56,728 nt of DNA, filler included, from Catajapyx aquilonaris (GCA_000934665.2; 4 parts of 4 records of this genome joined end to end with filler, not necessarily neighbours in it), one strand, 5' to 3'; shown: positions 34,701 to 46,626, counted from the first letter of the whole stretch. The notes: generated from the sequence alone by a model not told the origin. Program-made: numbers and translations.

Positions 34701-37644
34701 CGATTTTTCGACAATTCGCAGATATGAGAATAGGCCTTGAGAGTGTGCGACTGTGCGTGTATGGACGTGATTTAGGACTGATAATGATTAATCCTAAAGC
34801 AAAATTGGTCCTCTTGGTTTTGAGTCGAGGAAAGAGATTCCTCACAGTGCTAGATTGACAATGGACCATGGTGCAAATGTTGCAGATGAAACAGGGGCTG
34901 GCGGTTAGCCTTCCTCTGCTGGGTTTCATGAGTGACAGGTTGTAAAAAAAAGGAGAGGTTATCATCTTGGAAGCTGAGACAATAATAAATTATTCTGTGG
35001 GATCTCGTCCATGCACCAATGTGATTTTGAGGAAGTGTTCCTTCTTCTTTGTACAATACTCGAATTGTTTATTTTTAAGGAAAAGCAAGCTGTTTGCCTT
35101 TATTGAGGGTGACCCATCCTGCGCTATACCTTTTTAGGTGAAACCAGAGAGTTTAAATATTTGAAATACAGGATGTTTCACCAGGTAGGACCTCCCAAAG
35201 AATCGCCTATATTTTTACCATTCTACTTGAAATGTGATGTTTGGTTTAAAAGTTACCTTAGTTCATGGGAATATAGAACTATTCGCAATAAATGCTGTGC
35301 CTGACCCTCAACGATCTCCATACTCACTCGAACGCGACTCAACCCAACTCTCCTTATTATCGAATATCCTCCGCAGCATATCCTCATAAATGGTCCGGAT
35401 TGCTGCACTCTGCGGGACACTAGTTTTTCATACCCCTGCAGAAAAAAGCGTCAGACTGGGTGGGAAACCAGTGGGGGATGGCCTCTTTCACTTCCTCTAT
35501 GTCGCTGAAGTTCGGACCTGCTACGTGCTTCTTTTGTGGTCCAAAGAGATAGTTTTACCCATGGTCTAACATATCATTGGGCCAATGAAGAAGGACCTGG
35601 CAGGTCACAACTTCAGCGACATCGAGGAAGTGAAAGAGGCCATCTCCCACTGGTTTCCCACCCAGCAGTCTGACGCTTTTTTCTGCAGGGGTATGGAAAA
35701 GCTAGTGTCCCGCTGGGACAAATGCACCAAAATGTGTGGTGACTATGTCAAAAATGAGAGAAACACTTGCCCTTTCATATGTATATCTCAGTTTTAGTTT
35801 CTCTAGTGAAACGTCTGAATTAAAAAAGTTTTCAATTACTTTCTGATTCGCCCTCGTCCTCGTATATTACCCAAAACCTAGGTTACGTTAGGTTTCCAGT
35901 CCTCGGGAAGTAATAACTAATGAAACGTGTTATGCCAATTTAAAAAAGTTATTCAGAAAAACAATGTGATGTGAATTATAATAAAGAGAGTTATTTGTTC
36001 TGGCACTCATTCTGGTCACCTTCCCACAATAGAGAAGTATCCCAAAAATCCCCCCAAAACGCTGTGACCAGTAGTCCTGTTCCATGCTAGTGCAGCCATT
36101 GAGATCATGAGAAAGGTGCATGTCAGCTTCTTGGTGAAAGTAAACATCCTCCCATTTCAATATTCAGCCATTTCAATATTCAAAAAGCATGGAGCTGGAC
36201 CAGCCCACGGACACTTATACTACGTTCTGGCGTTATCACCTGCCGAGGCATTTTGCAGCGAGTTCTCACCTGAGACCGCCATGAGACATTTCGGAGCCAC
36301 GATAAGTGGCGACCCTACCGGACTAAGGCTGAACTTTATAGGTACGAAAGGGGAGGGCTACATGATGACCCAACATGGCCGCCGGCGGCCATGTTGGGCC
36401 CCCCAATGTAGCCCCCCCCCCCTTTCGTACCTATAAAGTTCAGCCTTAGTCCGGTAGGGTCGCCACTTATCGTGGCTCCGAAATGTCTCATGGCGGTCTC
36501 AGGTGAGAACTCGCTGCAAAATGCCTCGGCAGGTGATAACGCCAGAACGTAGTNGGGGGGTAGTGACCTAACCTGAGTCTTCTATAACCATGAGCTGGAC
36601 TATACCTGCTATCATATGCATATTATCATATCCACTTTACCTTGAAGTCGAGCTGTTGCCATTTATGGAGTCTAATACACTCACGATGAAGGTCTTCCAA
36701 CCTAAGGGTTATTGCTTCAATCAAACAGGAGTGGTCCACCAAGTATATGTACGGCTGTGAAATTAAATGGGTAAGAAATTTAGTTGCTAATTCGAATGGT
36801 CGACATGTTATTATACAGTATAGTGCACTTATCAAGTAGCCGTCAACAGCTAGGGGTTACGACACTGACGACGACTACAAGTGGTATGTGTTTCCAACAT
36901 GAGTTAAACAAAAGCTCACATCTTTCGGGGCAAGGGCCCTCACTAAGTCAGACACTTGAGTCAAGTGTTTCAGGTAAGGCCACGAATAGGGAGGCTTGCT
37001 TAGCTTCATCATCATGTGGATGGCGTCAAAAGTATGCATGATAGCTGTGACCGGAATCGTGAAGGAAAATCTTATGTCCACTTCGCTCTTCATGAGATCC
37101 TCCATGTGGTTTATGCTCTCTCGAATGTAGCGCCTGATCTCATGGAGCTGCTCCTGAGAACGCGCAATGGATCGATTCAAGACCACCCCCTAATAATCAC
37201 AAAATGGTCCTGATGTAGTAAGTACTTACCAGGAGCAAAAGCTTCAACTCGACGGCTGTAACCTTACTCCCGAAGGGAAGCTTGAGGGGAGTGTTGATGG
37301 TCAGTTCCATGGTCTTGCAAGAAAGTTTGATGAACCTCCTGGAGGATTCTTGGACGAAAAGGCGAAGTGTACTGAAAATTTGGAAGGATAATTTGGGACT
37401 GAGAATTTAGATCGAACTGTTCGAAAGTGAGGTGGGCCCAACAATGAACCCGAGAAACGACAACAAGTTGTCATGGAGACTGACCCGGTCAATAAACCCG
37501 GTCGCTTGCTTGCATTATTACGAATTATTATGCTCATATTATACACAGCATCAGACAGCATTGATGCTGTTGCTGCTCTCCTCACGTGGGCTTTACGTTG
37601 CTTGCAAATTCATAAAACGAAATTGGAGATAGGCTCCATTCCAT
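30271..37644 (-). CDS. Six-exon gene of unknown function, about 385 aa; exons 37644-37586, 37371-37230, 37153-36920, 36754-36641, 34204-34016, 30690-30271
   Basis: All five introns are GT-AG with matching phases (2,0,0,0,0), e.g. CTG|GTAAGT..TTCTCAG|GAG, GAT|GTGAGC..TTTCACAG|CCG, AAG|GTAAAG..CTTTCAG|AAA, GAG|GTAAAG..TTTCCAG|GCG; joined frame is open (1158 nt); AATAAA on - at 30167-30172. The first exon is the least certain. Confidence 0.65.
31718..31790. repeat. (CAT)n(CAC)n microsatellite
   Basis: Directly visible trinucleotide run. Confidence 0.9.
31805..32117 (-). mobile_element. tRNA-derived SINE, family C, with a central domain resembling Lm1/Talua-type insect SINEs
   Basis: A box TGGTGGAGTGG, B box GGTTCGAATCC; body GGTTTTCTGTGGTTTCCC..CAGG..TAGGCCAC..TTCCTTCC; (TTA)n tail. 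Confidence 0.75.
32675..33016 (+). mobile_element. SINE family A, full length
   Basis: A/B boxes TGGCCGAGATGG / GGTTCGATCC; 15-bp TSD AAATTC(A/G)TTGCAATT at 32660-32674 and 33017-33031. Confidence 0.88.
33317..33456. mobile_element. Tc1-type MITE
   Basis: Near-perfect TIRs CTATCGGGTTCAAATACTTTTG..; TA on both sides. Confidence 0.85.
34576..34737. mobile_element. PIF/Harbinger-type MITE
   Basis: Ends AGGTCTATTTTCATATCTGCGAATTGTC / GACAATTCGCAGATATGAGAATAGGCCT; 3-bp TSD TGA. Confidence 0.8.
35170..35412 (+). mobile_element. Single arm of the MITE family at 42930-43657
   Basis: Colinear with about 42930-43175. Confidence 0.75.
35413..35856 (+). mobile_element. Mariner transposase C-terminal relic with an inverted internal duplication and right TIR
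   Basis: KKDLAGHNFSDIEEVKEAISHWF..FFCRGMEKLVSRWDKC..GDYVK (35585-35797); about 35413-35545 is its inverted copy; TIR CAATTACTTTCTGATTCGCCCTCG. Confidence 0.85.
36219..36553. mobile_element. Young, near-perfect 335-bp palindromic element
   Basis: Outer arms appear identical for about 130 bp; loop-less centre CCAACATGGCCGCCGGCGGCCATGTTGG. Confidence 0.88.
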
Positions 37645-37836
37645 TATGGATGTAATAGCATTCTCGTACAATGGTGTATTTCAGACATGCATTTTTTCGC
37701 TATAAACCAGGGGAAAATTTAAAAAAAAAAATTACTGGTAATATTATTGGCTGTGTTACGGATTGGGGTGTGAATAGTGCGTGATATTTATTTCTTTAGG
37801 AATTATAACTTCGAAGCTTCGAATCTTTTGAGATGA

Positions 37837-37975
37837 AGGTTGCCAGATGGCTCCAAGACGCGGGTCAGAGACCCTCCTGATGCAGGCGAAAGGGAACTCC
37901 CGGGTGGGGATCGAACCCGGGACCTTCTGTTCAGCAAGCCGAGTCGTTATACCGACTCGGCCACCACGCCTCCCC
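37837..37975 (-). mobile_element. SINE family A, 5' portion only
   Basis: Reverse complement matches about 32675-32812. Confidence 0.8.
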
Positions 37976-40110
37976 GGTTTCGTTCATTCGAAATGAGCAT
38001 AATCACTAGTCGACATTTCCAATGGTTGGTAATTATATTTAAATACATTATTTCACAGTTTAATGTCCTTTATACGAAGCGCTAAAATGGTACATAAATT
38101 AACATTTGTTTATTAAAGTGGCATGAGCTACTACCTAATAAATTACGTCATACGTTAGTCATATCAATATGTCAGTATACGTAATTGGCGATTGGCGTAA
38201 TGTCGATTGGCGAGTTCTTAAAAATAGTGCCAAAACCGCCCGTGTGTATGGACGTAATTATGCAGACCGTGGCCGTATGGTACTGTAAGTACCTAGTTAC
38301 AAACAACGGGCGAGAGCTTATCCACTGTTTAGCAAAAATGGAATATCATTACACTTTTTGTTTGCTATAAAATATGCCAGATCAAACAGGCCATTGTACA
38401 TTCCATATTTTCATACGGACATAAGCCTCTGATACATCCCCTCACCCCCCACCCCGCTGCATGATGGTCATTGATGCATATGTCTTCCCAGCATCCTCGT
38501 GCCAATCGCATGCCAGTAGCTAATCGGCTTGTTGCATTCTCCAAGCGATATAAAAGCACTTCCCCCAGGGGCGGTGAATTGGTCTATTTTCTGTTCCGGA
38601 GCACCATGGCAATGGTATCGTCAACTGGCTCAGTCCAATCTCTCCTGGTGGTTGCTAGTGTGTCGGTCTTCCGCGAATCATCTGACTGCTGCCTGCCCGT
38701 CTTGACCTGGGTGAGTTAACACGTTTAATACCCGGTATCTCCTACGCTTTTTGCATTCGCCTTAAGACTTATTGGGATAATTGTTGTTTTTTTTCGCAGG
38801 ACCATCAGCTGTCTTGGCGCGCAACTTATTGGTCATTCTGATGACCGGAGTATTCAACTGCCCTTGTCCTGGAGCTGAATGCGTCGAGGAAGGTAAACTT
38901 AGATGGGGGAAAATCGTGTTAAAGGCCCCATTCGATGTGATGGTCCAACAGATGGGTCACAGCACGCACTTGTCCGTGATGTGTTTGGTTCGATGGACTG
39001 CAGGGTGTACTGCATGGACGTTGAGAATGTCTCATTTCACAAAAATAACTACACCTTTTCAGCAGAGTTTATATCGAAAGGTCATGGGGTGTGTGGAAGT
39101 GATGTGAGGTCACCATGCCGTCAGGGACTATTTTGGATGGGTTAATTATTGTTAGGCAAGGTAGCTTCAGTCAAGGACCCTGACTGCTGCTCCCGCCACT
39201 TTGCTCATGCATGACTTAATCGTATTTAAAAAATTCAATATCTCACCATGGCGACGTCTTAGCCACTGATGACGACAAATGACAGGATTGCCTATAGGAG
39301 GCAACTAATAGGCAATTAATAATACTGGAGCTAACAGGAGTCCAGGCAGTAAGCTGCAGTTGCAACCTCATCATGCTTCAGCAAGATATAATTTGATACT
39401 CACGCTAACTGGAATAACTTATTGTTGGTTGCATTTTTCCGGCTGGACGTGCACCTGGTCTTCAGATAAACAGGTACAGGTAGACTATCACTTCACTAAC
39501 AGAGCTTTTCCACTTGCAGAATATTGCTTCAAGATGGTCCCCGTTCAAGACTTAATTGCTGTAGTATCTGATCAAATACGCAGCACTGATATTAAACAAA
39601 TGTATTGAGAGGTGGGTAAGCTTGCGGACGTATGTGAGCACTCGACATCCGCAGCATACCCATTTCATTAATATTTTGTGGCATCTTCGTTTCTATCGAC
39701 AGTGACATGGCCTGTAAAGGCACTTTGCTACTGTTTGTTAATGCATCTTCAAAATAAATGTTGAAAATTACCATGCAACTTGTGTTTTTATCCTTTCATC
39801 AACAGCATGCATCAGGTTTCCTTTAGATGCCAAGAAACATGCATTCTAGGATAAGTGTCTTAGTGCACGATAATTATAGGGAAAGATTAAATTTTAACGT
39901 GAAACTACATATGACGACGACCAATAAGTCATTTTATTCACAGCATTATGTAGAATCTGTCACTCATCTCGTGATATTTTAGTAGCGCAAACTACGTACA
40001 AAAATTGGGACTAGTTAGTTGACATGACTTTTGACCCTTCGAGTATGACGAGTGAGAGAAATCAGATACGTAAAATGTCGTCGTGTACGATCCAAGAAAA
40101 ATAATTTTTA

Positions 40111-40235
40111 GGGCCGGTTGCACCAAGCCCAGGTTTGATAAAAACTTCTTTTGGAAAATCCCTGCAAATAGAATAGGGATTTTCCAAAAGAACCGTTTAA
40201 AAAAAAATCAAAACCGAGCTTGGTGAAACCGGCCC
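40111..40235. mobile_element. PIF/Harbinger-type MITE
   Basis: TTA|GGGCCGGTTGCACCAAGC ... GCTTGGTGAAACCGGCCC|TTA. Confidence 0.85.
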
Positions 40236-40635
40236 TTAGAGCAAATTTAATAATTCTGAGGTGTAACCCCACCCGGATAGCCCCATCTTCCTTTCCCCCG
40301 CTGACGTCTCCTGCAAGGTAGCAAAAATCTTGGCAGGCTACTAACAAGGGAAGTGTCTGTAGGGCCATCGGCCAATCGGCCCGAAAATGACACTAGGGGT
40401 AAATCGCAGGCCAGAAATTCATTGGTGAAAGTAAAAAGTTGCATTAGCCAATCGTTTTCGAGATATGGGCGACTATAGGTGCCCGGCAAACCTGCTCGGT
40501 GACAATAGGGGTGGCGACTGCTACTTTTGGCCGCTAGAGCGCTAGGGGGCTTGGGGCTGTAAGCCAAGACCATGGCTGCTGGAAGTGTGCTTTGTATATT
40601 TACTCGCTCATCGCATTTACACTTTTTAAAACAAA

Positions 40636-40819
40636 ATGCCGACTGCGTGTGTGGCCTACGGTTGCAGTAAGAACGGGGGGCACCAATTCCCCACCCCAGG
40701 GATAAAGTGCTCAAAGGAAAGTGGTTGGCAGCTATAAAAAGAGCGAATTTTGTGTGTACATTAGCGTCCCGGGATCACTTTTTGGAAGAGGATTACTGCA
40801 CGGAAGGATATTATGCAGG
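40636..40819 (+). pseudogene. THAP zinc-finger domain relic
   Basis: MPTACVAYGCSKNGGHQFP / RDKVLKGKWLAAIKRANF..DHFLEEDY; a CCCCA duplication shifts the frame and the third Cys region is deleted. Confidence 0.8.
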
Positions 40820-41037
40820 TTATAAATTAACATAACCGTGTCAGCCACAATGCTCCGCGAGATTTAGTCGAAATGCTTGTCATTCAGTAAAGAGAAGGTT
40901 GCACTAACTTTCATTCACTCCAACCTGTATTTTGGGGCTCATATCTGCTGAGGCCTCAAGCCCAGTGCTGCCACCTACGCTGAGCTTCTCATGTCGCCAC
41001 CCCCATGGGGCGCATTCGGCAGAAGGAATTATAAACA

Positions 41038-41110
41038 GTCTTCGTGGCTCAGTTGGTAGCGCGTCCGCGTCATGATCCGAAGTCTCCGCGTTCAAGTCCG
41101 CGGGAAGCGA
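41038..41110 (+). ncRNA. tRNA-Met(CAT)-like pseudo-tRNA / Pol III unit
   Basis: TGGCTCAGTTGGTAGCGCGTC..TCATGATCCGAAG..CCGCG-TTCAAGTC-CGCGG resembles elongator tRNA-Met; T-run follows at 41112-41120; anticodon stem is broken. Confidence 0.55.
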
Positions 41111-41638
41111 CTTTTTTTTTCCCCCTCCCTCTCTCGTCTCGGAGCATCGTTTTCTTTTTCTTTCTTCCCCAACACCGTTTATCACCGCATATCTTCCCTT
41201 TTGCAATCAACAGGAATAAATAAACAGCTTGCTGGGAAGTGCATTACTTTTTTTTACTGAGCTGGTGACTATTCATTTTTCCGGGGTCTGGTACGTAATA
41301 CCGAAAGACATAACACAGACAGAATAAATTTCCGACAGCTTTATTACCGAAAATATACAGAGAACATATACCTTTCCACTTTTTTCCCGTCGGTATTTTA
41401 TCCCGTTCCTATTTTTCCGTAGGTATTAGACCCGGGACCAATTTTTCCGAATATGAAGCCATGGAGAGAGTAGGTAAGCATCGGCAGAAGAAGAAAAAAA
41501 AGTAATGCACTTCCCAGCAAGCTGTTTATTTATTCCTGTTGATTGCAAAAGGGAAGATATGCGGTGATAAACGGTGTTGGGGAAGAAAGAAAAAGAAAAC
41601 GATGCTCCGAGACGAGAGAGGGAGGGGGGGAAAAAAAG

Positions 41639-41711
41639 TCGCTTCCCGCGGACTTGAACGCGGAGACTTCGGATCATGACGCGGACGCGCTACCGACTGA
41701 GCCACGAAGAC
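41639..41711 (-). ncRNA. Mirror copy of the tRNA-Met-like unit
   Basis: Reverse complement of 41038-41110 with one change; A-run at 41631-41637 is its terminator-like T-run. Confidence 0.55.
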
Positions 41712-42559
41712 TGTTTATAATTTCTTCTGCCGAATGCGCCCCATAAATTGTCACCGAGCAGGTTTGCCGGGCACCTATAGTCGCCCATATCTCGAAAACG
41801 ATTGGCTAATGCAACTTTTTTACTTTCACCAATGAATTTCTGGCCTGCGATTTACCCCTAGTGTCATTTTCGGGCCGCTTGGCCGATGGCCCTACAGACA
41901 CTTCCCTTGTAAGTACTAACAAGAGCTCTGATAACATTATTAACATATGAAAAAATACTCTCATACAAGTACCGTACATTCATTCTTGACCTTAGGACAA
42001 AAAATTCATAGTGGAAACCTGAATCCTTTTAGTCCGGTCATTAAACAGAAATATCCTATGCAGGTTCAACAAAATTCTTTCAAAAGGTTTCTCAACGGAT
42101 TTCACCACTTTAATACCTCCACTAAACAAAATAAAAAGTCTACCGAAATCTGACTTGTGGAAGTACCTGAAAATGGAATATGTCAAATCTAAGTAAGGAC
42201 TGCCAAGAACGCCCTTAGTAAAAAAAATAGTTACAAACCGTACTGCTGAATATAGGGTGTAGTATATCGATTTGTATGTTTATGAGGGAGAGGAAACCAA
42301 ATATGCAACCTAAAATGCGATTTGACCTCATCTGACGTCACAAAACGGCCGCCAAAAAACCGCTCCATGGAGAAAACACTTATTGATGTTATATTGGTTA
42401 TTTTATGGCATATGCAACTTAAAATGTTATTTGACCTCATGTGCTTCACCTAAGCTCCTCTGGACCTAGAAACTTGGACAGTACACCAGCCGATGTATTC
42501 CAGTTGGCACTTAATGACATAGAGTATGGTCGGTGACTAATCTGTGGAAGAATGATATC

Positions 42560-42659
42560 NNNNNNNNNNNNNNNNNNNNNNNNNNNNNNNNNNNNNNNNN
42601 NNNTTAATTAATTAANNNNNNNNNNNNNNNNNNNNNNNNNNNNNNNNNNNNNNNNNNNN
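42560..42659. other. Artificial contig linker
   Basis: 44 N + TTAATTAATTAA + 44 N. Confidence 0.97.
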
Positions 42660-42787
42660 TATAAATAGGGTACAGGCAAAAATAGGGTCCGCATCTTTGA
42701 TGGTTTTGGCGGCCATGGCAACTGCACGGCAAGAACATGCGCGAATCAAAGATGGCGGACCCTGTTTTTGCCTGTACCCTATTTATA
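42660..42787. mobile_element. Small palindromic MITE
   Basis: TATAAATAGGGTACAGGCAAAAA..GGGTCCGC mirrored by GCGGACCC..TTTTTGCCTGTACCCTATTTATA. Confidence 0.75.
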
Positions 42788-42929
42788 CCTCGTTGGCGTT
42801 CCCCACACTTCAAAATGGCCGCCAGCCTTGACAACGCCCCAAACAGAGAGACGCGGAAATCGAATGTTTGCGCCTCTTATGTAGTATATGCTCCCTGCCC
42901 TGGTTGTAAACTACTTCAACCTTAAAATA

Positions 42930-43657
42930 CAGGGTGTTTCACTAGGTAGTCCCAGCAAAGAATCCGCTGTATTTTTCTTCCCACTCAACCAAGAAACATA
43001 AGGTTTGGTTTAAAATGTAGCTTAGTTCATGGAAATGTATCACCATTCACAATAAATGCTGTAATTGACGTTCAGCGACCTCTATACGCACTCGAACGCG
43101 ACGCGACGCGAATCTCCTTATTGTCGAAGGTACTCCCTAGCATATCGTCATTAACAGTCCAGATTGCTGCACTGAGTGTTTTTGACCAATACAGTGGCAG
43201 GTGACCTCCTTTAGGGGGGGGGAGGGGAAGGAGTGAAGTACAGCCTGCTAGCATCACCAAAAAGGTCACTACGACGTTTGTCACAAGACACTGGGTATTC
43301 TGTTTTTACCTGCCAAAAATCCGCAAATGGGGATATTTCAAGAGTTGTGCTTACGACAATAAGCCTTGAAGTTAGACGACTGAGAAAGCAACATCAATGC
43401 AGCAATTCAGACTGTTGATGTCGATATGCTGGGGAGGACATTCGCTAATAAGGAGATTCACGTAGAGTCGGTTCGAGTGTGTATGAAGGTCGCTGAAGGT
43501 CAATTACAGCATTTATTGTAAATGGTGCGACATTCCAATGAACTAAGGTACTACTGTACATGTTAAAGCAAAAATCATGTTTCTAGGTCAGTTCTAGGTA
43601 CAGTTGGTAGGAAAATACAGCTAGTTCTTTGGGGAGACTACCTAGTGAAACACCCTG
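42930..43657. mobile_element. Tc1/mariner-type MITE with about 245-bp diverged arms
   Basis: TA|CAGGGTGTTTCACTAGGTAG ... CTACCTAGTGAAACACCCTG. Confidence 0.8.
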
Positions 43658-44113
43658 CATTTAGTATGACAGAAAAGTGTGCTGAGTGAAGTGCAAAAAA
43701 TGTGTCATACCCCCATGCATAAGTTTGTTTATTGCCATGGGGGCATCATACATGTATACGGAGAGGCATTATGGGGTGGGAGGACGATGATAATGGTGCC
43801 ACCTGCATATTTAACACAAAGGTTACGATCATGCCATATGTCATAAGCACACCGCCAATTCTCTGACGTGGGCCAAGAGGGAACGTGTTGGAGTGCATGT
43901 GCGGTGTGCATGTTACTTCTCATAGAAGTAACCTGGATGAGAGTGTATTTATAAGGTCTGCCGAGAATTTAGAAGGGTGTGGTGCCTTCTGAGGTGGAAA
44001 CAATAGTAACGCCTTCTGAAGTAGCCCTGCTCATCACAATGTGATGTGAGAAAGTTCAAGCCCTATTTCCCAGCACTGCACTGCTCAGAATTTCTAGAGA
44101 AAATAACACTTAA

Positions 44114-44410
44114 AAGGGGGATAAAGAGAATTTAGGAGTAAAATGCTCGCTAACTAATATTAGCAGAGCCGTAGTTTTTCTGTGAAGGTGTGACTGACTT
44201 TTCATACACGTGACGTGACTTGGATACTTGTTCCATATTATTAATGAAATATTTTAAATAATAAGTTGATTTAAAATACTCCATTAGTAATATGGAAAAA
44301 GTATCCAGGTCACGTGTGAGAGAAGAGTCAGTCACACCTACACAGAAGACACTACACAGCTATTATTAGTTAGCGAGCATTTTACTCTTAAATTCTCTCC
44401 CCCCCTCCCT
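44114..44410. mobile_element. Palindromic MITE with TTAA flanks
   Basis: AGAGAATTTAGGAGTAAAATGCTCGCTAACTAATA mirrored by TATTAGTTAGCGAGCATTTTACTCTTAAATTCTCT; TTAA near both ends. Confidence 0.7.
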
Positions 44411-45939
44411 CTTAACATTTCTCCTTTTCACACATTTTTCGAGTTGGAGGCCATTACTGAGTACAGGTCACTGGCAACATGGCAATGTACATTAATATAC
44501 ATTAATAATACTGTAGAATATTTCATTAATCATGATATTACAGTACAGCTGTTGTAAGAACCTGATTACAGCCTGAATAATAATTACACTCGAGGCGTCA
44601 GCAAAAAGGATTTTCGAAATTCTGCAGTACATGGTATATGATATTTCAGTACGTAATATAACTTACTGCAGTGTCCCTCGACACATGCTAGCGTCACCAC
44701 AAGGGAATAGAGAGGAATCAGAGGATGCTAGGGGGAAAGGTAGGAACAGATACAAGGGACTACAGGATAATAAACTCAAGGGCTATATTTGGAACACGTT
44801 CGCCTCACAGGACAGCTCAACGACAATTCACCACAACTAGTTTCCAAAACAAGGTCGATAACGGCCGACAACAATCAAGTTTCCGCACTAGTAAACAAAC
44901 AATCCGTCTATAGCAACCATCCCGGTCTCCAGGTCTCAGTCACTCAGGAAGTGATGATCAACATCAACAGTTGCCTAGCTATACCGTCTCCATTCTATAA
45001 TCTAGGGTTCTAGGCAACGGTAAACAGCGTCGTTTCCAGGACACAACACTACCAAATATGAAAGGGGTTTCATTTAGCACATCTTATTTGGTCAAGTGCC
45101 TATAAATAAATAAATAAATAACTGCAACGTTGCCGCATGGTGTCCATAGTTCCCGCCTCTGAAGCTTTGGGATATCTCACCTTGTGCTTCCCTTCCCCGC
45201 CTCCACGTAATATCCACCTAATTATATGATTCTCTCCCCTGAATACATGAGTTTATTCGGCCAAGACCGAGCTCTAATGGGGCCGATTTGTTCGCATGGT
45301 AGTAAAGTTGCCATATATCTCCCACCTACCCAGTGGTCTGGGAAAATGCCATGGGTCGCGTATAGGTTACACTAATAGCAGCGATTCAAAAGCACTTTCT
45401 CGGAAATTAGAGTGACTCTTCTAGAGTAGTTGGCTGATCTTGCTCACGGGGCCGCCCATCCAAGATCTTTAAACGTGACAAACTGCCCCTCCCCCCTCCC
45501 CCTCCAAGGTGCCAAACGAGGCAATCCGTCGTGCAACTAACTGTTTACTAAATAGCTCCGGGAACAACTGGAACTTTTACCCATCCCCAGGCTGTACAGT
45601 CACCATTTTAAAATAATCCACTTTGTTTACTGACGAGCTAACAAAGCAAGGTACAAAAACTTCTCTTACAAAGGGCGGTATGTTCATGCGGTGTAACCTG
45701 TTACCAAATTTTATTAAAACGTGCGCAGACCTGCTAGTTAGCGATCTAACCACCAAATAAAAACTCTTGACAAGAAAATTAGGCAAAGCAACTTTGGTCA
45801 AGACGTGGTTTTCCTATACAAAGCTACGTGCACCCTCCTATTCTGTGTGTGTGCCCACTATTTGATTCTGGTGTCCCAGCAACCATGTACTGTTCTCTGC
45901 TCCCAATTAATTGCGGCTAACGACGCTTGTGCTTGGCAG

Positions 45940-46270
45940 ATGCGGCCTTGTCCTGACAAGAACAACTGCTCCCGAGGCACCACTCACGAAGAGGACATAA
46001 TGCTGCAGAGCGGAGACCGGCTACTGGTGCACGTCCACTACGGATGGGCCAACTGGAGCTCTTGGGACAACGACACTGGAGCGACCGAAGCGGCGGGTAC
46101 CCCTAAAAATCCCCTCATAGTGTATCGGGTCACCAGAGAAGGCCTTTCCACGTGCCAGGTTCAAGGGGGTGTGCTGCTCGACAGCCTCATTATAGAAGAG
46201 GAGGATGACGGCGGAAACCTCATTACTTTCGCTGAAGAGGATCTCCTCGAGGGTGCCAATTACTTCCTGG
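45940..46270 (+). CDS. Internal exon encoding a cupredoxin/ephrin-like domain as in the N-terminus of EYS/weary-type EGF-repeat proteins
   Basis: GGCTAAC..TTGGCAG| acceptor and G|GTAAGT donor; LQSGDRLLV..VYRVTREGLSTC..LLD..EEDLLEGANYFL follows the GDxLv..V(S/T)xxxxxxC..GxxYF pattern. Confidence 0.7.
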
Positions 46271-46626
46271 GTAAGTACTGTCAAATCATACCAGACCTTC
46301 GACTCCTTTGCTTGCCCCCTTTGCCACTGCCGTATTAAATATGTAGTTCTAATCACCGGGACGAGTTGCAAGGCCTTGCCGGCATTAAAGACGTTAACAA
46401 CTAATGAGCACCTGCACTGAACAAGCTGCGTAATTAGGAGTCACGCTAGAACTTACTAATCATCTGATGCAGTAATTGAGATGTTAGCCTGATCTCATGA
46501 TCAAATAGTGAGATAACTCTATAGTGATGTAAGTTGATTCGACTGGAAAGCTGTGGAGAAATAGATATGACTAGCTAATTCAAGTACTGCTGGTGGCGCA
46601 GCTTTGATTTGCTACTAAAATACTGA

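Larger units (their letters stand above)
41005..41744. repeat. Internal 250-bp inverted repeat pair
   Basis: 41005-41255 mirrored by 41495-41744. Confidence 0.9.
40345..41909 (+). mobile_element. Non-autonomous DNA transposon with about 162-bp TIRs (CAAGGGAAG ends), TAA TSD and a THAP relic
   Basis: TIRs 40345-40506 and 41747-41909 are nearly identical; flanks TACTAA| and |TAAGTA. Confidence 0.88.

Noticed and set aside
38600..39145. Plus-strand exon pair (donor 38711, acceptor near 38799)
   Set aside because: Splice signals look good but the joined frame stops quickly and no protein family is recognisable.
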